A stretch of DNA of 64,000 bases from Scenedesmus sp. PABB004 (Eukaryota), in NCBI GenBank assembly GCA_014905635.1, contig JABVCE010000021.1, positions 496,001 to 560,000 of the forward strand, given 5' to 3'. The notes beneath the pieces were generated by a model, which had not been told where the DNA came from, made no database searches, and saw nothing but the letters and a program-made list of their open reading frames with translations. The stretch's first letter is position 1, and every line of letters starts with the position of its first letter. Shown here in pieces: positions 1 through 12,043 of the stretch. The position numbers and the translations under genes were made by a program.

Positions 1-223
1 CCGCGCGCCGGCCGGCGGCGGCGACGCCTGGGCTGCTGCGTGCACTAGTGACCGCAGCTGCTCCGGCGTCGGCGTCTCGCCGGCCGCTGCCGGCGTCTCG
101 CCGGCGACCGGCGTGGGCACAGCTGCAGCAGCGGGCGCGGCGCGCGGGCAGCGGCGCCCGCGCCGCGGCTGCTGGTCCTGCCACACCGGAAGGCTGCGAT
201 TGACGCAACGGATGCCTGATCAT
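1..223 (-). CDS. 5' end of a probable plastid-targeted protein (gene continues off the window)
   Basis: ATG at 223 opens a frame to the window edge (MIRHPLRQSQPSGVAGPAAAARAPLPARRARCCSCAH...). The R/A/S-rich start is transit-peptide-like; no domain is visible. Confidence 0.35.
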   Translation of the reverse strand, partial: MIRHPLRQSQPSGVAGPAAAARAPLPARRARCCSCAHAGRRRDAGSGRRDADAGAAAVTSARSSPGVAAAGRRA

Positions 224-543
224 GATGCGGGTGGTCGCAAGCGCCCACACCGGGAGCAGAGACCGCTCGACCGCTGCTGCTGCTAGCGGCAGCTGGTGCT
301 CACGCACGCTCACGCAGGCCCCACCGCCAGGGCTGGCACGCTGCCTGATGCCTCAGCGTCCCCAACGTCGCGCGGCCGAGTCAGGGCGCGTGCTGCGCGC
401 GCGCTGGCGGCGGCGGCGCTGCTCGGCGGCGGCGGCGTGTGCTGCGGGCACGTCACCAGCTCAAGGGCCAGCCCGCTCGTCACAACGCCAACGCCGCCGC
501 TCGCTGAAAACCCCCGCCCCGGACCCCGGCACACCGCCGCGCG

Positions 544-846
544 TCACCAGCCCAGGCCGTGCTGCATCACCAGGCTGGATCCCACGCCAAATGCGGCGCG
601 CATGAGCCAGGGCGCCACGGGCAGGTTGTGCAGCCGCTGGCGGTGGTGCAGCACGCGGTGGTCGGCGGCGCGTATGGTCAGCAGGTCGGTCGCCCACACG
701 GAGACCGCCGGCGGCAGGAACAGCGACGTGAGGGGCCCCCGCACGAGGCGCGGGAGGCGGAAGGTGATGCGGCTGATGATGCGGAGGACGTACGTGTCGC
801 CGCCGCCGGCGCCGCGGCCGCGCCGGGGGCTCAGCCAGGCGAGCGG

Positions 847-879
<33 letters not shown>

Positions 880-1686
880 CGGCAGCACCTCGGCCTTTTC
901 AATCTCCACCGCGACCCCCGCGACGGCGCGGCGCTTCGCGTAGAACTGCACATCCACCTGGTCGCGCCCCCAGACCTGCGCGCGGCGCACACGGCGGGGA
1001 GGCGGGGCGGGGCGTCGGCGGCGTGCTCCCGTGCCAGCCCGCGGCCGCGCCCGGAGAGCGCCAGCGCGCACCGCGACGAAGTTGTCGTCGAACGACGCTG
1101 CCTCGTCGTACGACGCCTCGAGCGCGGCGACCTGCTGCGCCTCCGGGCAGGGCTCGAACAGCGCGGCCCAGGCGCCCAGCAGCGCGAGCGCGTCGGGGCC
1201 GAGGCCGCGCGCCGCCGCGCCGGGGTCGGGCAGGCGCTCGCGCGGCAGCGGCGCCGGCGCGAGCGGGCCGAACAGCGGCGCCAGCCTCGACGGCGGCGGC
1301 GGCCCGCCGGCGCCGGGCGCGGGGCTGGGCGCCGCCGCGCGCGGCGCCGGCGGCGCCGTGGGGCTGCCGGGCGCCGCGGGCGAGCCGGCGGCGTCGCCGC
1401 TGGCGCCGCCGCAGGGGCTGCCCGGCTGCGACGGCGGCGCCTGCGCGGCCGCCACGCCGGCGGCGCGCGGCGGCGGCGGCGCGCGGGGGCTGGCCGGCGC
1501 CGCGCGCGGGCTGCCCGGCGCCGCGCGCGGGCTGCCCAGCGCCGCGCGCGGGCTGCCCGGCCGCGCCGCGGCCGCGCCTGCGTCGACCTTGCTCGCGGCG
1601 CGCGCCGCCGCCCGCTTCTGCGACGCCGTGCGCCGTGGCGCGGCGGGCGCCGGCGGCGCGGGCGCCGTGGCGGCCTCGAAGCTCAT
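544..1686 (-). CDS. Hypothetical protein with low-complexity N-terminus and SnoaL/NTF2-like C-terminal domain
   Basis: MSFEAATAP...; one GT-AG intron at 976-1071 joins YDEAASFDDNFVA|VWGRDQVDVQFYA...RVLHHRQRLHN, which resembles NTF2-like folds. TGA at 544-546. Confidence 0.6.
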
Positions 1687-2070
1687 CCGATGCGACGCGG
1701 CGACGCGCGGCCGATGTGGCGCGCTCGGCGGCGCGCGTGCTGGCTCGCGAGGGCCTGGCGTGGCGGGGTGCGCTGCGCTGGGGTGGCGTAGTTGTCCGCG
1801 GGCACGCGCTGCGCGGTGCGGGAGGCGGCGCGCGACGTCTCTTGCGCCCCTTGCGCCGCCGCCGACGGCGGCGCCGCCGCGCCCCTCAGCCGAGCGCGAA
1901 GACCCCGGCGGTGCTGTGTCTGCCCTCTCGTTATGCGCGCGACGCCTGTCCTCCATCCCGCGCGCCCGCAGGCAGCAGCAGCGCCCTTCAAACCGCCCTC
2001 TCGCCCGCACCAGCGCCGCACGCGCCTGCGCCTTCGCCAGGCGGCCTCCCGGCGCACCAGCCCGTCCGCC

Positions 2071-3987
2071 ATGGCCGGCGCCATGCCACGCCGCGTCCTG
2101 GGCGGCACGGGCCTGGAGGTGTCGGTGCTCGGCTTTGGCGCCTCCCCGCTGGGCGGCGTCTTCCAGGTGCGGGGGGCCGCGCAATCGTTCAGCAGTGGCA
2201 TGCACCAGCCCAGGGCGCGCGGTGGGGCGCTGCGGCCGGCCGGCGGGCGCGCGGCGCGTGCGCGGGTGCCGCCGCTGCTGCGCCGCGCTGCGACGCCATC
2301 GCACGGGCGCCCCCCGCGCGCGCAGGACATCGACGAGGCGGAGGGCGTGGCCAGCGTGCACGAGGCGTTCCGGCTGGGCATAAACTTCTTCGACACCTCG
2401 CCCTTCTACGGCGGCACCAAGAGCGAGGCGGTGCGCGCCTGCGCGGCGGCGGCGGCCGCGCGGCGCCCCAGCAGCGGCGCGGCGCGCCCACCGCCCCACG
2501 GCGACCGTCGCCGGCGCCGCCGCAGGTGCTGGGCAAGGCGCTGAAGGACCTGCCGCGTGACAAGATCGTGGTGTCGACCAAGGCGCGCCGCCGCCGCGCA
2601 GCTCCCTCGTCCGCTCTCACACCCGCGCTCACACACACTTGCGCACTCCCACACGCCCGCCCGCGCCCTCACACCCCCGCTGCCGGCAGGTGGGGCGCTA
2701 CGGCGCCGACTTTTTTGACTTTAGCGCGGAGCGCGTGCAGCGCAGCGTGTCGGAGAGCCTCGCGCGGCTGCAGGTGCCGTACGTCGACCTCATACAGTGC
2801 CACGACATCGAGTTCGGCAACCTAGACCAGGCGCGCCGCCCGGCCGGCTGCGCTCCCGCGCGCGCGGCCCCCGGGGCGCTGCCCGGGGCGCAGCGCGGCG
2901 GCGCGCTGTCGCCGGCGGCAGGGGGCGGCGCGCGCGGCGGCAGCGGCGGCAAGCCGAGCCCAGGCGCACGCGCGCACGCGCAGATCGTGTCGGAGACGCT
3001 GCCGGCGCTGCAGGCGCTCAAGCAGCAGGGGCTGGTGCGGTTTGTGGGCGTGACGGGGCTGCCGCTCAAGGCGCTCACGTACGTGCTGGACCGCGCGCCC
3101 CCGGGTGCGCGCCGCGACGCGACGCCGCCGCGCCGCGCCCGCGCGCCGCCGCCCAGCCCCGCCGCTGCGCCGCGCAGCCGCGCCCCGCGCGCCGCCGGGG
3201 TTTTGCGCTGAGCCCTGCCGCGGCGGCGCAGGCGCGGTGGACGTGGTGCTCTCGTACTGCCACTACGCCCTCAACGACACCACCCTCGCCGACCTGCTGC
3301 CCTACCTGCAGGACAAGCAGGCACGCCAACGCGCGCGCCGCGCCGCGGCAGGGTTTAGGCAGGGTTTAGGCAGGGGCGGGCGCGGGTGGGGCCAGCAGGT
3401 GGAGGTGCGCGCCGCCGTCGCCGCCGACGCGCCGCGCCGCGGGGCCCGCGCGCGCCGCGCAGGTGGGCATCATCAGCGCCAGCCCGCTCTCCATGGGACT
3501 GCTCACGCCCCAGGGCCCGCCTGAGTGGCACCCCGCGCCGCCGGAGCTCAAGGAGGCGGCCGCGGCGGCGGCCGAGTACTGCCGAGACCAGGGCGCAGAC
3601 CTCGCGCGCCTCGCGCTGCAGTTTGCCGTCAAGTGCGCGCCGCGCCGCCGCGCTCGCCGGGCGCGCGCCCGGGCCGGCCCCCTGGCGGCGCGCGCTGCTG
3701 CGACCGGGGCGGCGGGGGCGGCGGCGCCGGCGCCGCGCCGCCCACGCGGCAGCGCCCTGTGCCCCGCGCCCCGCAGGCACCCCAGCATCGCCACAACGCT
3801 GGTGGGCATGGCGAGCGCCGCGACGGTGCGGGCCAACGTCGGCGCGGTGCTGTCGGCGCTGGGGCTGGGCGACGCGCCGAGCGGCGCCGACGCGCGGCGC
3901 GAGGCGGAGGTGCTGGAGGAGGTTCAGCGCATCCTTGCGCCCGTGAAGGACCTCACCTGGGCCTCGGGCCGGCCAGAGAACCAGTAG
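2071..3987 (+). CDS. GalDH: L-galactose dehydrogenase (aldo-keto reductase family; ascorbate pathway)
   Basis: 8 exons give RVLGGTGLEVSVLGFGASPLGGVF, GINFFDTSPFYGGTKSE, STKVGRYG..FDFSAERV, DLIQCHDIEFG, VGVTGLPL, DVVLSYCHY and SASPLSMGLLTPQGPPEWHPAP, all typical of plant GalDH. Confidence 0.92.
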
Positions 3988-4220
3988 CGCCGCGCGGCGG
4001 CGCGCGGCGGGCGGCGCGCGCGGCGAGGCAGGCGCGCGCAGCCGGGGCGGCGGCAGCGGCAGGCGGCAGGAGGGGGGGGGGGGGTGCCAGGCGCTGCCCC
4101 GTGGCGGCGGCGGCGGCTGCGGCCGCGTGTGACCGAGCTCGACCGGCGGCCGGCGGCTACGCCCGACGAGCGGCGCCGCGCAGCGCGTGCGTTACCCGCT
4201 CGCCCGCCGCTCCCCGCTGC

Positions 4221-6589
4221 TCACTTGACCTTCTTGCTGTCGCCCGGGGCCGCGTGCCCCGCCTGCCCGCCGCTGCCGCCGCTGCGCTCGGCCGGGAGGT
4301 AGCTCTTCAGCTGGTCGGCAAACACCTGCGGCGCGGCGACAGCGGCGGCACAGCCGGGCGCGGGTCGGCCGCGCCGCGCGCGACGCGCGTGCTTGTCAGC
4401 TGCGGCGTGCGCCACGCGCGCCGGCGCCACAGCGCCACCCACCCACCCACCCACACACCCACCTTGCGCCGCTTCTCGATGAGCTGCGGGTGCTTGTCCC
4501 CCAGGTTGTAGTACTTCAGATAGCCGTCCCACGGCACCACGCGCAGCTGGGCCTGCGCGGCGGCGCGAGCGCGCGGCGTGAGGGCGCGGCGGCGCGAGCG
4601 CGCGGCGGCGCGAGGGCGCCGCGCGGGCCGGCGCGCGCGTGAGAGAGAGAGAGAGGGCAGCGGCGGCGGCGCCGCGCCTGCTTGGCGATCATCGCCTGCA
4701 CGCGCGCCGCAAACTCGTCCACGCTCTCGTCCTCGCGGCGCTTCTGGGGCTCCAGGAAGTACCTAAACCCCAGCCGCGAGGGCGAGCGGCGGCGGCGAGG
4801 CCACGCAGGGGCGCGCGCGCGCGGGCGGGCGGGCACGGGTGGGTGGGGCGCGAGGCGACCGCGCAGCGGGCGCGCGCGCCGCGGCGGGCGCCGCCGGCCC
4901 GGCGCCGGGCGCTCACACGTCGCACACGACCGCCCAGCTCGACATCAGGCGGAAGAGGTGCTGCGTGAAGCTCTGGCGCCGTGAGTTCCAAAAGGCGTCC
5001 ACAAAGATTTTGTTGTACTTGATCGCCACCGGGTGCACCTGCCACGCGCCGGCACGTGGGTGGGCAGGCGGCGGGCGGGCGGCGCGGCTCGCTGGGACCG
5101 CACGGCGCCGGCGCGCGCGGCGCCCCTGCGCGGCGGCGGCGGCTGCGGTGATGGCGCCCGCGCTCGCGCGCGCGCGCGCATGCGGCCGCAAAGCCGCAAG
5201 CCCACCGTCGCGCCCATTTCGAACGCGCCGCGCTTGAACATTACGCAGTACTCGTTGTTGACGCACGTGCCCTCGGGGAAGACCAGCAGCGGCGTCGCGG
5301 CGGGGTCGTTGACGTGGTCCGCCATGCGCTGCGCGACGAGCGAGCGGTCCTTGGCCTGCGCGCGCGCAGGCGCGCGGGGCGGGGGCGGGGGGCGGGGGCG
5401 TGCATTGAGCAATGCGCGTGGCGGGCGCCGCCACGGCAGAGCGCGCCGCCGCCGCGGCGCGCCTGCGTGCGGTTGAACCAGAGGCAGCCGAGCGAGTCGA
5501 GGACCATGGTCTGCAGGAAGCCGACCCAGCCGGGGTGGAGCTGCATGATGACCGCAAACGCGGTGTAGCTGGAGAGGATGATGTAGTCGATCATGCTCGT
5601 GTGGTTGGCGACCCACACGTGCCCCGCCTCGGGGAGGGGCTTGGGGCCGTGGAACTTGATCACGCCCGTCCATGACGCGACGTACATGCCGCACAGCGTG
5701 CGGATCGCGACCTGCTCGACCGAGAGCTTGAGCGGCGACGCGCGCATGAGGCCCTTGACCGCGAAGAAGAAGACCAGGAAGAGCACGTGGCTCGCCAGCA
5801 GCAGCGCGAGGCGCAGCGGGAAGAGCACGCAGTTGCGGAACGCCACGCCCAGCAGCCTGGGGGAGCGTGGGTGCGTGCGCGCGTGTGTGTGGGGCGGCGG
5901 GAGTGTGAGGGCGGGCGGGCGTCGGACGGCGGCGGCAGCGCGCCGCGGAGGCCTCGCTGCCGCGGGCGCCGCCGTCGCGCCAGGCCTGGGAAGGAGCCTG
6001 GGCGGCGCGCAGCAGCAGCAGCAGCAGCAGCAGCGCCGCGCCACGTCAACTGCGGCGGCGCACCACACGGGTGCGAGGTAGAAGTTCCAGTTCCAGGGGT
6101 CTGGCGCGGCAGAGGTGAAGCACTTAAGGAAGGAGTCGTCGACCATCGCCGCCGCGGCGTCGGTGAGGACGCTGTTGATGTTGAGCATTACGCTCAGCAG
6201 CGAGCGCTCGCTGCCGGCGAGCCGCTCCGCCTCGGCCTGCGCGCGGCGGTGCGGTGCGGTGCGGTGCGCGGCGCGCTCGGGGCGGCGCCCCCGACCCGCG
6301 CGCGGGCGCCCCGCGACCCCGGCCGCTGCTGCCTCCCCGGCCGCGCTGCTGGGACGGCGGGGGCGTGGCAGCGCACGCACGAGGCGGCGGCCCGCCGAGC
6401 GCGGCGGCGGCGGCGGCAGCAGCAGCGGCAGCGCGTGCGCGCCTCGATGTAGGCGTTCTCAATCTCCTTGGGGTCGTCTGGCGAGTTGAGATCGCTCGGG
6501 ACGTGTCCCGCGGGCATGGTGAGCCCGGGGAGGTACTGCTGCTGGGCCGTGTAGCTCGGCTGCGTGCGCAGCGGCGGCGGGGTTGCCAT
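4221..6589 (-). CDS. GPAT9: ER glycerol-3-phosphate acyltransferase 9
   Basis: VDDSFLKCF, PWNWNFYL, VANHTSMIDY (HxxxxD motif), LLVFPEGTCVNNEYCVMFKRGAF, PVAIKYNKIFVDAFWNSRRQSF and VPWDGYLKYY; C-terminal ...SKKVK dilysine-like ER signal. Confidence 0.95.
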
Positions 6590-6961
6590 GGTGATGGCGG
6601 AGCCCTCCGCTCGCGCCTGCTCCGCGCCGCGCCCCGGCAGGCCGGCTGTGGTCCGGAGACTGGCACTGCAGCGTCCCAGCGCCGCTGATCGACGCAGAGC
6701 GGGGCAGCAGCAGCAGCGGCAGCGGCGGCGGTCGGCAGCAGCGCCAAGCGGCACGCGCGCGGCGTCGACGGGAGTGCGCTGCGGGGGTGGCGGGCAGGCG
6801 CACTGGTGGCAAACGAAAGGCTGCGCCCCGCGTCGGGGCCCTGCGCTGGACCGCGCGCCAAACCGCGAGGTTTTCTGCGGAGCACCTCCGCAGCTCCGCA
6901 GCACGCGTCATGGCGCCGGCGCGCGTGTGGGCACGGCGCGCCGACGCTGGCTCCCCCTACT

Positions 6962-6966
6962 TTACA
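6962..6966 (-). terminator. TGTAA polyadenylation signal (proteasome beta-6 gene)
   Basis: Chlorophyte UGUAA signal about 90 nt downstream of the stop at 7058. Confidence 0.65.
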
Positions 6967-7057
6967 ACCGCGCCCGCCCGCCGCCCTCGTGTGCCCCAGG
7001 CCGCCCGCCGTCCGCCCGCCGGCGCCAGCGCACGCCACGCCGCGCTGGTGCCTGCGC

Positions 7058-8911
7058 TCAGTCGAGCTTTAGCTGCAGCTCCTCGCGGCGCACGCCGTCC
7101 TTGGTGATGACCAGGATCTCAACGTAGTCGCCCTAACACACACAGGCAGGGCACGGCAGCGGCGGCAAGGCGGCGCCGGCGGCGGCGGTGAGCGAGCGTG
7201 CGCGCCGGCGCGCGGCGGCGCGCGGCAGGCGAGCGCGTGTGTGCCGGAAGGCAAGCGCATGGCCAGGCCGGGCGCGGGCGCGCGGGCGCGCGGGGGCGCA
7301 CGGTGTAGATGTCGCGCTCGCCGGCCGACACAAACGCGTCCTTGACCAGGTCGACCGCCTGCTCCAGCGGCAGCTCCGTCGTCGAGTTCTGCGCGCGGCC
7401 GCGCCGCCCGTGACAGCGCGGCGGCGTCGGGAGCCGCGCCGCCAGGGAGGCGCGGCAGCGCGCCCGGCCGCGCGGGCGCGGATGCCAAGCGGCGCGGGCA
7501 CCAAGCGGCGTGCGGCGCGCGCGCACCCGCGCGGGCACGAGCAGGGGCGACGCGGCCTTGAGCTGGTTGTCCAGCACCGGCTGCATGAGGTCCTTGCCGC
7601 TGCCCTGGCAGCTGTAACCGGTGCGCTCGTACGACCCGATCGCGTCGTACGTGTACACCGCGCCGCGCCCTGCGCGCGCGGCGGCGGTCGCACGGCACGG
7701 CACGGCCGGCCGCGCTGGGCGCTGAGCGCCTCTCCCGCGCGCGCCGCCGCACGCCGCGCGCCGCGCGCGCGCGGCGGGGCGCTGGGCGAGCAGAGCAGCG
7801 CGCGCTGCGCGGCCGGGCGGGGCGCACCCTCGTCGTCGAGGCCGGCGCAGAGGTTGAAGGTGTAGTAGGGGAAGAAGCGCTTGTAGTAGAGCGTGTTGCT
7901 CAGCAGCTGCGCGGTCGCCTTGCACGACATCGGGCGCCCGTGGCTGTGCTGGAACATGACGTTGCGCGCCTGCGCGGGCGCGCGGCGCGCGGCCGGCGCG
8001 GGGCTGGGCGCGGCACGCGCGCGGGCGCAGGGGCGCTGCCGCGGCCCGCAGCGGCCGGCCGCCGCAAGCGCCCCCCCCCCCCCTCACGCGCGCCCGCACG
8101 CGCCTGCAGCTGCTTCTGCAGCGCCTTCATGTCCACCTGGCACCCCGCCGACGCAATGACGCACTTGTCGGTGCTGCGGGGCGCGGGCGCGGGCGGGCGC
8201 GAGTGGGCGAGGGCGCGGCGGTTGCGGCGGTTGGCGGCGCGCCCGCTTCGGTGCGGCGCGTGCAAGCCCCCCACCCTCCCCCTCCCCCCACCGCGTCGTC
8301 CGCGGCGCGGCTGGGCGCGGCGACGCGCGCCCTGTCCGTCCCAGCTGTGCGCGCGGCGGCGCTGCCGTGCCCGCGCGGGGCGCGGCGGCCGCGCTGCCCG
8401 CCCACGCCGTGCCCCTGTGCCGCGCGGCGCTCACAGCTGCAGGATCTTGGTGCTGCGGCGCGTGAGGATGCTGTAGCCCGTGGACATGCGCGTCGTCGCC
8501 GCGACAATGCAGTAGTCGGCGCCCGCCACGGCCAGGCACGTGCTGCGCGGCGAGCGAGCGCGGCGTGAGCGGCCGCGCCCGCTGCGTCGAGCAGCGCGCT
8601 GCGGCGGGCGGCGCTGCGGCGCTGCAGCGGGCGCGCGCGGCTCACCCGCCGTTGTCGTCATAGCTGCGTCGGCGGCGGCGGCGAGCGGCGCGGCGGGTGA
8701 GCGCAGCGCTCGCAGGGCAGCAGCGGCGCTGCTGCGCGCCGCGCGCTGCCCCCGGCGCCCCGCTCTGCGCGGCCGGCGCCGCCGCGCCCGCGCGGCCTGG
8801 GCCTTGCTGCGCCGCTCACGGGCTCCAGGTGGCGTGCTGCTTCACGCCCGGCGCGTCCGCGCCGGCCTTGGGCACGCCAGCAGTTATCCTGTAGCCGCTG
8901 GTGGCCGCCAT
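7058..8911 (-). CDS. PBF1: 20S proteasome subunit beta type-1 (beta-6)
   Basis: WSP|YDDNGG|TCLAVAGADYCIVAATTRMSTGYSILTR, LLSNTLYYKRFFPYYTFNLCAGLD, AVYTYDAIGSYER, VKDAFVSAGERDIYT|GDYVEILVITKDG...LKLD*. Confidence 0.95.
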
Positions 8912-9326
8912 GGCCCCCGGCGCGCGCTGCTGGCACGCGCTGCGATGCGCCTGAACCTCCCTGCCTCGCGGGCGCGTGCTGGGCGGCGACGAGCGGCACG
9001 CAGGGCGGCGCGGCGGGGGCCAACGAGATGGCGATCACCCCGAGCGCGCGCTGTGACGCGTCGGTGGGCGCGGGGCGGGTCTGATCCGGCGCAGGGGCGA
9101 CGTGTGGGAGCGTGGAGCAGCCGGGGGGAGCTCTCCGCTTCGTTGAGCCCGAGCTGGCGCGCTTCACGAGAGCGGTCCAGCCGCTCCCGCGCCGATCGAG
9201 ACCGTTGCGCCGCGTTCCGGTCTGTCTCACTCGCTGCTTCCCACTCACGACCACCAGCCGCACCTCGCAGGCGCACGCCGCACGCCGCCTCCGCGCGCCG
9301 CCCGCTGCGCGCGCGTCTGCCGCCGA

Positions 9327-11625
9327 ATGCTGCTGGCGCCGCGCCGCCAGCCCGCCGTCGCCAGTCCACGCCGCCGCGCCAGCGCCGCCGGCGTCGCGGG
9401 CGCACCCAGCACCGCGCGGCCGCCGCGGGCGCTGCCGCGCCGCGCCGCGCGCTGCTGCTGCCGCGCGGCCGCGGCACCCGGCAACGGCAGCAGCCCGCCG
9501 CATGGCGGCGGCGGCGGCAGCAACGGCAACGGCGGTGCGCCGCGGCCGCCGGGCGAGGGGCCCGGCGAGCCGGACGGCGGCGGCGGTTGGCGGCGGCTGC
9601 CGCGGCTGGGCCGCGAGCAGCTGGTGTCGGCGGCCCTGGGCTTCATCGCCGCCGTGGCGGCGGTGGCGGGCGTGAGCGTGGTGCAGGCCACGCAGGCGGT
9701 CGCGGAGCAGCAGGCGGCGCTCGGGCAGGCGCTCGCGGATGCGGTGCGCGGCAGACGCGGCGGCCGCCGCCAGGCACGCCGCCGCGCGGCGGCCCCGCGC
9801 AGGCGCGCTGCTGCTGACGCTGCCGGCCGCCGCTGCGCCGCGCTGTGTGCCCGCAGAGCGGCGAGGTCGCGGGGCTCAGCGTCAGGTGCGGGGCGCGCGC
9901 CGCGGCGGCGCCGGCGACCTGCGCGCGCGTGCGGCGGCCGCGAGCTCACCCCGCCCGCCCGCCCGCCTGTTACGCTGCGGCGCCGGCGGCGTCAGGGAGA
10001 GCGTGTCCGCGCTCAAGCGCCTGCTGCGGGAGGTCTTTGCTGAGCTCCTGGGCATCAAGGCGCGCCTGGGCGGCCTTGAGGCGGCGGCGGCGGTGCAGCA
10101 CGAGGCCGCCGACGACTATGCCCTGACCGCGCAGCTGGCGGGCCCCGGCGGCCGCGCCGGCGAGGCCTGGGAGCGCGCGCCCGTGCGCGTCAGCGGCTGG
10201 TTTGGCGCCGCCGGCGTCCTGCCCTGGTCCCAGGAGGCGCGCTCGGGCGACGCGCTGGCGATGCTGGCGGGCCTCGGCGCCGGCGGCGTGGCGGACGGCC
10301 GGCTGCAGCTGCACTCGGTGCTGGCGGGCGGCAAGCGGCGCGTGACCGCCACGCTCGCCCCGCGGCCGACGAGGGCGGGGCGCCGGTGCTGCAGCTGCAG
10401 CAGGTGCGCGGCCGGCGCCGGCCCGCCGCGCCGCGCCCCGGCCTGCTGGCGCCGCCGCGCTCACCTGCCCGCCCCGCCCGCGCCGCCCCAGCTGCTGTAT
10501 CGCGTGCAGATCAAGGACTGGCTTCAGCTCATGGTCGCGCCGCTCGGCGGCACGCTGGACGCGCTGGGCCGGGGGCTGACGCCCATCAGCGGTGCGGTGC
10601 GCGGCCGCGCGCCCGGGCGCGGCGGCGACAGCAGCCGCGGCCGCCGGCGGGGGCGGCAGACGCTCGGCGCCGCCCACCCGCCCCGCCGGCGGCCGCGCAG
10701 CGGACTATGGCTGCACCGCCGCGCTGCGCCGGGGGCACGGGCTGTCGCTGCTCGACTGGGCGGGCAGCGGCAAGGCGGCGTGCGTGAGCAAGGGCCGGCT
10801 GTCCGCCAGCGCTGGCTTCTTCGTCGGCGGTGAGCACCCGGCGGGCCGCGGCTGCGGTGGCAGCGGCCAGCCGCGCGCCGGGCGCCGCGCCCCAAGCGCG
10901 CGCCGCCGCCCGCAGGCGCCGCCAAGGCCAAGATCGCCTCGGTGCAGCTCAAGGGCCACGAGGGGCACGCGCTGTCGCTCGTGGTCGCGCGCTGCCAGCG
11001 CCGCGCGGCCGCCGGTGGCGCAGCGGCTGCCGCCGGCGGCGGCGCCGATGGCGACGGCCACGCGCCGCCGCTGCGCTTCCTGGGCGTGCAGGCCCCCGGC
11101 TGCCGCGCTCGCAGCAGCGCCGCCGTCGACGGCACTGGCGGCCAGGCAGCCGCGACCGTGGTCGGCGCCGTGGGTGAGCGGGGCCGCGGCGCCCGGCGTG
11201 GCGCGGCAGGGCGGAGGGGCGCGCGCACCGCGGGGGTCGGGCGCCGCGCCTGCCTCTCACGGCCGCCTCGCCCCGCCGCCGCCGTCGCCGCCAGGCGTGC
11301 TGCCGCTCGGCGACGCCCTGACCGCCACCGCCTGGGCGGAGGGCCCGCTGCGCGGCGGCGCCGCGCCCGGCTGGGGCGTCGGGCTGTGGGCGCGGCCCGA
11401 CGCACAGGGCGCGGAGCTCGGCCTCGCGCTCGGCGGCCGGCCGGGCCCGCGCTCGCTCCCTGCGGCGGCGGCGCGGCGCCGCCCGCCGCGCCGGACCTGT
11501 TCTGCGAGCTCGCGGCCAAGGTGCCGGTCGGCGCCGGCCTGCACGTCGCGCCGGGCGCGGTGCTCGCGCTGCGCCGCGGCCGCGCGAGCCTGGGCTACGT
11601 CATGCAGTCGGGCTGGCGCTTCTGA
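9327..11625 (+). CDS. Putative plastid-envelope beta-barrel protein resembling cyanobacterial porins (two apparent frameshifts)
   Basis: Transit peptide plus poly-Gly stretch; coiled coil LKRLLREVFAELLGIKARLGGLE; strand-like segments RVSGWFG, RLQLHSVLAGGKRRVTATLA and LLYRVQIKDWLQLMVAP; C-terminus ELAAKVPVGAGLHVAPGAV...YVMQSGWRF*. Confidence 0.55.
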
Positions 11626-12043
11626 CGGCGGGCCGAGGGGCGGCAGGGCGCGGGCGCTGGCGCGCGGAAGGAGCGGCGAGCGCGCGCGCCCGGCGTGCGC
11701 GGCGGCGGCGCGCTGGCGGCAGCGCGGGCGAGCGCGCCGAGCGAGCCGCGAGTCGGCGTCGGCCGAGAGCGGCGAGAGGCCGTCGAGCGCGCGCAAAGCC
11801 CGCGCGGCATACCGCAAGAGCTCGCCTCCCTCGCCCGTGCGGCGCCGCGCCGCCCAGAGCTGCGCGTCAGTCTCGCCGCGTCGCAGCGCGCGCCGACGCC
11901 CCGGGGGCGCGACCGCAACGGCTGCTGCTGCTCGCCAACCCACCCCCGCATCCCGCTGACCGGCGCGCGCTGTGTCAGCTCGTCGCGACGCGTCGGAGCT
12001 AGGGCCGGGCCTGGCCGCGGCCGGCGCGGCCGCGGCGGTCGCC

